Made by a program: the position numbers and the translations under genes. Below, piece by piece: positions 26,528 to 32,000 of a DNA stretch of 32,000 bases. Each line of letters starts with the position of its first letter. Positions within the stretch are counted from its first letter, which is position 1. Origin of the DNA: Formosa sp. Hel1_33_131 (GTDB lineage: Bacteria > Bacteroidota > Bacteroidia > Flavobacteriales > Flavobacteriaceae); NCBI RefSeq assembly GCF_001735745.1, contig NZ_CP017260.1, positions 1,860,001 to 1,892,000 of the forward strand. Direction: 5' to 3'. The notes beneath the pieces were generated by a model, which was given only the letters and a program-made list of their open reading frames with translations, made no database searches and was not told the origin of the DNA.

Positions 26528-27745
26528 ATGAATTATTCAGAAACCACGCAATGGCTTTTTTCTCAATTACCACTCTATCAGAATGTGGGGAAATCAGCTT
26601 ATAAAGCCGATTTAAGTCAAACCCTGAAACTCGCCAAACAACTCAATCATCCAGAACATCAATTCAAATCCATTCATGTTGGAGGCACCAACGGCAAAGG
26701 CTCCACAGCACACATGCTCGCATCGGTATTGCAAGAGGCAGGTTATAAAGTGGGTCTATATACATCGCCCCATTTAAAAGACTACCGCGAACGCATCCGT
26801 ATAAACGGTGCTACGATCAGCGAAGATTTTGTGGTTGATTTTGTCGCGCATAACAAATCCTTTTTTGAAACCAATGCATTGTCATTTTTTGAAATGTCTG
26901 TGGGAATGGCATTTGCCTATTTTGCAGATGAACAAGTCGATATTGCGGTGGTTGAGGTCGGTCTTGGCGGTCGCTTGGATTCCACCAACATCCTAAACTC
27001 CGAAGTGTCGGTCATTACCAATATTGGTTTGGACCACACCCAATTTTTAGGTACGACTCTAGAAGCCATTGCAGGGGAGAAGGCAGGGATTATAAAACCA
27101 AACACGCCCATCGTAATTGGTGAAACACAGTTAGAAACCGAAGTCGTTTTTAGAACCAAAGCCACTAAAGAACAGGCACCGATTTATTTTGCCGATCAAC
27201 GTATAGAAACTACACCTCCCACAAGTTTAAAAGGTGCTTATCAAATTCATAATGTACGGACGGTACTTCAAACTATTGAAATCTTAAATAGTGGGGCGTT
27301 TCCAATCCCTACAGAAGCAGTGCAACAAGGCCTATTAAAAGTCACCGAAAACACAGGGCTTCGTGGCCGTTGGGAGGTTTTGGGCAGTTTTCCAACAATC
27401 ATTTGCGATACCGCACACAATAGGGAAGGGCTAAGTCTGGTGTTTAAACAACTCTTAACCAAAAAATTTCAACACTTACATGTGGTGTTGGGCATGGTGA
27501 ATGATAAAGACATCCTGTCGCTTTTAGAGCTATTTCCAAAGGAGGCACAGTATTACTTTTGCAAACCCAATGTTCCTAGGGGGCTAGAGGCGTCTGAACT
27601 CGCACAGATTTTCACAGAACATGGTTTTGAAGGAAGTGTATATCGGTCTGTTAAAGACGCTTTAAAAGCCGCCAAACAAAGCGCATCCCACGACGATTTG
27701 ATCTATGTTGGCGGCAGTACTTTTGTGGTGGCGGAAATAATTTAA
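26528..27745 (+). CDS. folC: bifunctional folylpolyglutamate synthase / dihydrofolate synthase
   Basis: 405-aa ORF with the P-loop HVGGTNGKGST and the Mur-ligase blocks ..VVEVGLGGRLDSTN.. and ..ITNIGLDHTQFLG... Confidence 0.9.
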   Translation: MNYSETTQWLFSQLPLYQNVGKSAYKADLSQTLKLAKQLNHPEHQFKSIHVGGTNGKGSTAHMLASVLQEAGYKVGLYTSPHLKDYRERIRINGATISEDFVVDFVAHNKSFFETNALSFFEMSVGMAFAYFADEQVDIAVVEVGLGGRLDSTNILNSEVSVITNIGLDHTQFLGTTLEAIAGEKAGIIKPNTPIVIGETQLETEVVFRTKATKEQAPIYFADQRIETTPPTSLKGAYQIHNVRTVLQTIEILNSGAFPIPTEAVQQGLLKVTENTGLRGRWEVLGSFPTIICDTAHNREGLSLVFKQLLTKKFQHLHVVLGMVNDKDILSLLELFPKEAQYYFCKPNVPRGLEASELAQIFTEHGFEGSVYRSVKDALKAAKQSASHDDLIYVGGSTFVVAEII

Positions 27746-27763
27746 CTTTTTATTAAAAATCTT

Positions 27764-27792
27764 TTGTGAATTGAAAAACTAGACTATATTTG
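27764..27792 (+). promoter_or_regulatory. Bacteroidetes-type promoter of tRNA-Val
   Basis: TTG (27764-27766), an 18-nt spacer, then TATATTTG (27785-27792, a perfect TAnnTTTG). The tRNA 5' end lies 14 nt downstream. Confidence 0.55.
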
Positions 27793-27806
27793 CAATCCAA
27801 TAATTA

Positions 27807-27881
27807 GGGCGCATAGCTCAGTTGGTTCAGAGCACCTGGTTTACACCCAGGGGGTCGGGGGTTCGAATCCCTCTGCGCCCA
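27807..27881 (+). tRNA. tRNA-Val (anticodon TAC)
   Basis: Hand-folded cloverleaf of 75 nt. Acceptor GGGCGCA/TGCGCCC, D arm GCTC-AGTTGGTTCA-GAGC, anticodon arm CCTGG-TTTACAC-CCAGG, 5-nt variable loop, T arm GGGGG-TTCGAAT-CCCTC, discriminator A. No encoded CCA. Confidence 0.9.
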
Positions 27882-27890
27882 CAGAACATG

Positions 27891-27921
27891 AAAATCCACT
27901 CATTTGAGTGGATTTTTTTTG
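27891..27921 (+). terminator. intrinsic terminator after tRNA-Val
   Basis: ATCCACTC (27894-27901) and GAGTGGAT (27906-27913) form an 8-bp stem, extendable by A-T pairs, with a 4-nt loop. A T8 run follows. Confidence 0.75.
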
Positions 27922-27994
27922 TTAATACATGAACCATTCATAACTAAAAACTCCCCATATAAATGAGGAGTTCTTTTAAATTGATAGTTTTCTA

Positions 27995-28173
27995 AAACAA
28001 AAAAGACTGCCTTTTCGGGCAGTCTCTTTTTGTTTTGCTTAACTATAGGTATATTTATAATTAGTTAAAACTTTAACTAACTGATCCCAAGTCTACACAC
28101 TCTATAATTAAACAAGTAGATATGTAAAGTTAAAAATATTAGCGTTATTACCAAATAAATGCAAAAAAAAGAG
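27995..28173. repeat. ~180-bp intergenic direct repeat, copy 1
   Basis: Aligns by eye to 30739-30919 at a constant offset of 2744 nt, with 7 substitutions and one 2-nt A-run length difference (about 95% identity). Confidence 0.9.
27999..28118 (-). ncRNA. candidate ~120-nt sRNA (copy 1), hypothetical
   Basis: On the minus strand: -33 TTG (28152-28154), a 19-nt spacer, then a -7 box TAACTTTA (28125-28132, 7/8 to TAnnTTTG). The terminator is a hairpin (AGACTGCC 28004-28011 / GGCAGTCT 28018-28025) followed by a U-run. No ORF inside. The 5' end is only predicted. Confidence 0.25.
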
Positions 28174-28198
28174 CCTTTTCAAATTAGAAGGCTCTTTA
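28163..28198 (-). terminator. intrinsic terminator downstream of the 28253 ORF
   Basis: AGAGCCTT (28170-28177) and AAGGCTCT (28188-28195) form an 8-bp stem. On the minus strand it is followed by U8 (A8 at 28163-28170). Confidence 0.6.
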
Positions 28199-28252
28199 TA
28201 ATTATTAATTCTGTAACACTATTTCAGGACGTCACATTATTTTAAACTTAAT

Positions 28253-28711
28253 TTAAAACCCATACCCTTGAGTACTTCTGGCACTGTTGGCATTAGTACC
28301 ACTAATAGTGCTATTTAATTGAGGTGTACCACTTTCCCATAGGTATTTTTCATTTCCGTAGTTACTATCATGCGAAGTCCCAATGGATTCATAAGTTCCA
28401 AAATAAAACGGTTCACTAGCTGATAATGTGGAGTCAAATACAATTTCATAAGCTGCACCTGCGGTAGTGTTAATTGTGTAGGTCTCTCCTACAACAATCA
28501 CATTATAATCAGCATCCACAAGAAAAGGAATTACAGTGGCACCTGTTGTTGTAGTTAATGGGTAAATAATAACTTTAGTCATTTGTGTGCTAGCAACTAA
28601 TATTTGAGGTTGTGCGTCTGACCCAATATTGACTGTTGAATAATTCTCATCATGACCTTCTGGGAACGTATGTGCGTCTGCATATCCAGAGAGTAAAGTA
28701 GGAGGTTCTGG
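28253..28711 (-). other. open continuation of the upstream reading frame after an in-frame TAG (includes track ORF 28253..28582)
   Basis: Same frame as 28712..29887. The 43 codons between the TAG (28712-28714) and the first ATG (28582) contain no stop and no ATG/GTG/TTG. This is either the C-terminal third of an interrupted gene or a separate 109-aa ORF. Confidence 0.5.
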
Positions 28712-29887
28712 CTAATCGTCTATATTTCCATCACAATTATTGTCATAACCATCATTGACTTCTTCTGCCCCGGGGTTTGTTGAAGCATCAGAGTCGTTAC
28801 AATCGAAACCAACAGTCACATAGCCATTTGGTTGAACACAAGCAGTGATAGAAGTGAAATCATCTCCATAGCCGTCACTATCTGCATCTAGGTACCATAC
28901 AGTGGCAGCACCTATGTTAGCATCAGAGTCGTCACAATCATCAGCATTACTCACATAACCCACAGGTTGAGCACAAGCGACAGTTAAAACACTGTTATCG
29001 CCATAACCGTCACTGTCAGTATCTGCGTAAAAAAGACTGCTCACACAAGGGTCTATCCAAGTGGCTACGCCACCAACCATGGTTAAAACTTGACCTTCAG
29101 TACCAGAACCTATAAAACTATCTACATAGTTTTTTGTTGCAACATCTTGCGCCTCTGTAGGGTCTGCTACATTTTGGACTGGATTGGAATTCATATTTAA
29201 TACAGCAGTCACACTCAAATTGTCTGCAGAAACGTTGACATCCTCATTCACATTAATGTCCAATGTTCCGTCAGGCAAAACAATTTCTAAATCTTCATCT
29301 GAGGATTCTGCAATATAAGGTCCGTACTCTCCTGAAAGATAGTCACCAAAAACTAATTTACCCCCACTGTAATAATCGTCGGGGTTATTACCAAGAATTC
29401 GTACAGCAATGTTGTCTCCTGTATTGTTTTCAGCAAGTATATTTAAAGCTCCTGGGCCATTATCTTCGTCTACACTCCATTGTTCTAGAGCCGCCGATGC
29501 TCCAGTTCCATACAATAAACCGTCATTATCTATTTGTAAGCCTTTGGCTGCTCCACCATCATTGTTAATCCAAAAATCTTGTAAGCTAATGTTTTGAGTC
29601 GCTACATGATCCCAAGAGCCAGAACCCGCACCAGCAAGAGCCGTCCAAGCGGTTCCATTGTAATAATAAAATCCTGCAGTTGCATCAGTTTGGTAAATCA
29701 TTAAGCCATCTGCTGCAGCTATAATTTCATCACGTTCGGTTTCTGTCATTCGTGGAATCAAAATACCGCCTTCTGTAGAAGTAATTTCCAAAGCTGCCGA
29801 AGCATCTATTACGGGCGTGTTAATTCCTACTTGAGCCGTTAAGCCCATGCTAAAAATAGCAATACTAAGTATTAATAGTTTTTTCAT
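28712..29887 (-). CDS. secreted protein with a tail-fibre-like motif and two MopE-type putative metal-binding Cys/Asp motifs
   Basis: Signal peptide MKKLLILSIAIFSMGLTAQ. The N-terminal block VGINTPVIDASAALEITSTEGGILIPRMTETERDEI..GLMIYQTD...YYYNGTAW is one I recall as common in uncharacterised Bacteroidetes surface proteins. ..NPVQNVADPTEAQDVATKNYVDS resembles a phage tail-fibre motif. DSDGYGD...CDDSDANI and DCNDSDASTNPGAEEVNDGYDNNCDGNIDD match the 'putative metal-binding motif' (PF11617-like). Confidence 0.7.
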   Translation of the reverse strand: MKKLLILSIAIFSMGLTAQVGINTPVIDASAALEITSTEGGILIPRMTETERDEIIAAADGLMIYQTDATAGFYYYNGTAWTALAGAGSGSWDHVATQNISLQDFWINNDGGAAKGLQIDNDGLLYGTGASAALEQWSVDEDNGPGALNILAENNTGDNIAVRILGNNPDDYYSGGKLVFGDYLSGEYGPYIAESSDEDLEIVLPDGTLDINVNEDVNVSADNLSVTAVLNMNSNPVQNVADPTEAQDVATKNYVDSFIGSGTEGQVLTMVGGVATWIDPCVSSLFYADTDSDGYGDNSVLTVACAQPVGYVSNADDCDDSDANIGAATVWYLDADSDGYGDDFTSITACVQPNGYVTVGFDCNDSDASTNPGAEEVNDGYDNNCDGNIDD

Positions 29888-30582
29888 TTCTTAATAATTT
29901 TAAAAGTTGACAATTGGTTTTGGTTATTGGTTGTATGTAGTAAATAAACTCCTGTTGGAAGTTCAGACACATTCAATTCGTTGCGGTCAGATTCTAATAC
30001 CTTTTGTCCAGAGACATTGTATAAAATAGATTTTTGAAGATTTTTTGACACAATGATCAGTTTGTCTGTCGTTGGATTTGGATAGACTTTTACAAAATCA
30101 TTTGCAGCAATTTCTACGATCGTAAGACTCGCATTAGCCGAACTGGCTGTGATGCGTGTAAATTCTAAAGCCTCCGCAAAAGCATAGCTTAAAGTGTTGT
30201 TGGTATCGTTCACAATTGCGGGATGATTCGTCCAAATGCCCTCAGTACTTAGAGTTTCTAAAACCAAATCGTCTTCAGGAATATCATTGAGTTCGCCGTC
30301 TGCGTAGGCAAAAGTAATTGTGCCAGTAAAACCACTCAAAGCCGTTGTAGCGTCGTACACTCTGTTGATACTCGTGTTGCCTTCGACCACTACAGGCGTG
30401 TTTGTAATTGAAACTTCATTGGCGTCGCTAATGACATAGGTGTCACTGGGTGCTAATGTTAAGCCGCCTAAATTTAGGGAGGCTGTGTTTTCAATGGAAA
30501 TTGAAGCGCCGTCTGAAACGGTTAAAATTTGACTGAACAACATGCCTGGAAGGCATAGGAGTCCTAAGATATATTTTTTCAT
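29884..30582 (-). CDS. secreted protein with a T9SS type-A C-terminal sorting domain
   Basis: Signal peptide. The C-terminus ..VKVYPNPTTDKLIIVS....LYNVSGQKV.....LNVSELPTGVYLLHTTNNQNQLSTFKIIKK is a typical T9SS C-terminal domain. Its stop overlaps the next gene's start (ATGA at 29884-29887). Confidence 0.75.
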   Translation of the reverse strand: MKKYILGLLCLPGMLFSQILTVSDGASISIENTASLNLGGLTLAPSDTYVISDANEVSITNTPVVVEGNTSINRVYDATTALSGFTGTITFAYADGELNDIPEDDLVLETLSTEGIWTNHPAIVNDTNNTLSYAFAEALEFTRITASSANASLTIVEIAANDFVKVYPNPTTDKLIIVSKNLQKSILYNVSGQKVLESDRNELNVSELPTGVYLLHTTNNQNQLSTFKIIKK

Positions 30583-30599
30583 AATTGGTTAATTTTATA

Positions 30600-30607
30600 C
30601 AAAGATA
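30600..30607 (-). promoter_or_regulatory. -7 box (TATCTTTG) upstream of the 29884..30582 gene
   Basis: Perfect TAnnTTTG on the minus strand, ending 17 nt before the ATG at 30582. The nearest upstream TTG is only 13 nt away, so the -33 element is uncertain. Confidence 0.4.
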
Positions 30608-30738
30608 CAAAGTCTCTGGTCAAATGGATGTTTAATACTTTTTATTTACAAGTTAATAGAGACCTTGATCTGGTGTTTCTAATGCTTTGCTAAAAGTGTG
30701 GTTAAATATGAGTTGCATCTCATGTATACTATTGGCGC

Positions 30739-30919
30739 AAACAAAAAAGACTGCCTTTTCGGACAGTCTCTTTTTGTTTTGCTTAACTATAGGTATATTT
30801 ATAATTAGTTAAAACTTTAACTAATTGACCCCAAGTCTACACACTCTATAATTAAACAAGTAGATATGTAAAGTTAAAAATATTAATGTCATTACCAAAA
30901 AAATGCAAAAAAAAAAGAG
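30739..30919. repeat. ~180-bp intergenic direct repeat, copy 2
   Basis: See copy 1 (27995-28173). Same orientation, offset 2744 nt. Confidence 0.9.
30743..30862 (-). ncRNA. candidate ~120-nt sRNA (copy 2), hypothetical
   Basis: The same conserved elements as copy 1: TTG at 30896-30898, a 19-nt spacer, TAACTTTA at 30869-30876. The terminator hairpin at 30748-30769 has one C/A mismatch relative to copy 1 and is followed by a U-run. Confidence 0.25.
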
Positions 30920-30944
30920 ACTGTCTTTTCGGACAGTCTCTTTT
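30907..30944 (-). terminator. strong bidirectional intrinsic terminator after the 30958 gene
   Basis: AGAGACTGTC (30916-30925) and GACAGTCTCT (30932-30941) form a perfect 10-bp stem with loop TTTTCG. It is flanked by A10 on one side and T4 on the other, so on the minus strand it is followed by U10. It lies 14 nt after the stop. Confidence 0.75.
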
Positions 30945-30957
30945 GATTCAATTAAAA

Positions 30958-32000
30958 TTAATTATCGCGCTTCACATGAATCACTCCAGAGATTGTATGT
31001 GAAACTCCTTGGTTATCCTCGTAATCGCCACTGAAATTAAGGTCAATGTACTCCCCGATAGCTGAGCCAAATGCACTTAGATTGTATTCGATAAAATTAT
31101 TCACGTTGCTAATATCTTGACATTCATTCAAATTAAATCCAGCAGATGTGGAATTCCAATCTATGTTGCTGTAAACACCTTCGTAGTTGGGGAAAGTTGT
31201 GTCAAGTACTCCATAAAGATAAAAACAACCTTGACTAGTATTAGTGTTATTTGAACCATAAATAGTAAGTGATGGTGGATTGCTGTCTGATCCAAAATTT
31301 ACATCAATATTTTCAAAGAAATACAACGTTTCTCCATTGTCATCAATAGTATACTGTATAAACTCTTCTAAACTATTACAAGCTGTCAATACCCCTAGGT
31401 TTGTTAAAGGACTTGTCAATGTGTAATTAATTTCACCCGTGCTTTGCAGGTTATCGTAATCATACCCCGTAATGCTAATCGCAGCGTTTTCATTACAATT
31501 AAGTACATTGATATCAAACACACCGTCCGTGACTAAACTATAAAACGCAGCACCATCTTCAATACGGCCTTCGACATATCCATTAGCCACTGCACTACCA
31601 TCACATGTATTGAAAACACCCGTGATAGTTTCTTGATATTCTTCAACTTCAGGAGCATCAAGAACGATGTCAAGCGTGGTGTCTTGACTAAAAGGTCCAA
31701 TGCTTTCAGATGAATTAGGGATTTCTAAGTTATTACAAATATTATACAAAATATATTGTAAGTTTAAAACTTGGTTGGCTGGGACAATACCACAAACTTC
31801 TCCATTGTTATTGGTGATTCCTGAGCCACTGCCATTAAATTCACTTTCAATACTTACCATAAGACTGCTCAATGGAGTGTTGTTAACATCACTAATATTT
31901 ATACATAAGTTGATGTATTCGACAGGGATATCACAATTCCAAAAGGAGAAATGACTGACCGTTCCAACATATTTTGTTCCTTGGAGTGTGGCACTGCCCT
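30958..32000 (-). CDS. large secreted or surface protein, C-terminal part (gene continues beyond the right edge)
   Basis: The track starts this ORF at a TTG (31872), but the same frame stays open to position 32000 (..GSATLQGTKYVGTVSHFSFWNCDIPVEYINLCINISDVNNTPL-SSLMVS..). It is Asn/Gly/Thr-rich with repeated Cys spacing. No T9SS C-terminal domain is recognisable at its C-terminus. Confidence 0.6.
   Translation of the reverse strand, partial: GSATLQGTKYVGTVSHFSFWNCDIPVEYINLCINISDVNNTPLSSLMVSIESEFNGSGSGITNNNGEVCGIVPANQVLNLQYILYNICNNLEIPNSSESIGPFSQDTTLDIVLDAPEVEEYQETITGVFNTCDGSAVANGYVEGRIEDGAAFYSLVTDGVFDINVLNCNENAAISITGYDYDNLQSTGEINYTLTSPLTNLGVLTACNSLEEFIQYTIDDNGETLYFFENIDVNFGSDSNPPSLTIYGSNNTNTSQGCFYLYGVLDTTFPNYEGVYSNIDWNSTSAGFNLNECQDISNVNNFIEYNLSAFGSAIGEYIDLNFSGDYEDNQGVSHTISGVIHVKRDN

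Noticed and set aside
27882-28252. Integrated mobile element inserted at the tRNA-Val 3' end
   Set aside because: There is no integrase, transposase or phage gene, and no second copy of the tRNA 3' end anywhere in the window. Only the positional suspicion is retained, as a low-interest finding.
28712-28714. Possibility that TAG is reassigned to a sense codon in this organism
   Set aside because: TAG ends at least three other well-formed genes in the window (stops at 7801-7803, 10188-10190 and 10995-10997). Each of these ORFs ends at that TAG and is followed by a non-coding spacer.
30583-30740. Invertible promoter (short inverted repeat GTCTCT 30612-30617 / AGAGAC 30659-30664) upstream of the T9SS-cargo gene
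   Set aside because: The inverted repeat is only 6 bp (about 8/10 if extended) and does not bracket the -7 box at 30600-30607. No recombinase gene is nearby. It is more likely a fragment of the local hairpin family.

Overview
This is an AT-rich chromosomal segment that looks like Bacteroidota, probably class Flavobacteriia. The evidence is several type-A T9SS C-terminal sorting domains, a DUF6090-type membrane protein, TAnnTTTG-type -7 promoter boxes and an exbB-exbD-tonB-like-folC block. Positions 1-21818 carry about 23 co-directional minus-strand genes. These are mostly secreted, lipoprotein or membrane proteins and transporters (PiT, AI-2E, BASS), a clan GH-A-like hydrolase, DJ-1/PfpI, a Dph6-like PP-loop ATPase, a transglutaminase-like protein and an acyl-CoA dehydrogenase. 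At the left edge sits a tightly packed set of a VOC-fold gene, an HSP90-family paralog and an unknown partial gene. Positions 21893-27881 are plus-strand housekeeping genes: anmK, nhaD, exbB, exbD, a TonB-like gene, folC and tRNA-Val(TAC). Right of the tRNA (28.0-32.0 kb) the content becomes accessory-looking, with secreted or T9SS adhesin-like genes. I found no CRISPR array, rRNA, transposase or recognisable defence system. Six observations stand out. (1) Two ~180-bp direct repeats of about 95% identity bracket a 3-ORF secreted-protein cassette; each carries its own Bacteroidetes-type promoter and a hairpin terminator, so each may be an sRNA. (2) A single in-frame TAG splits a 544-codon frame for a tail-fibre-like protein with MopE motifs. 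(3) A DUF2200 gene is broken by two compensating homopolymer frameshifts. (4) The VOC gene appears to begin with ATA instead of ATG. (5) A 24-bp perfect palindrome lies in the acyl-CoA dehydrogenase/anmK divergent promoter. (6) A 159-nt leader with mutually exclusive pairings precedes the PiT transporter gene. All family calls come from reading the translations and from memory of those families; no searches were run.
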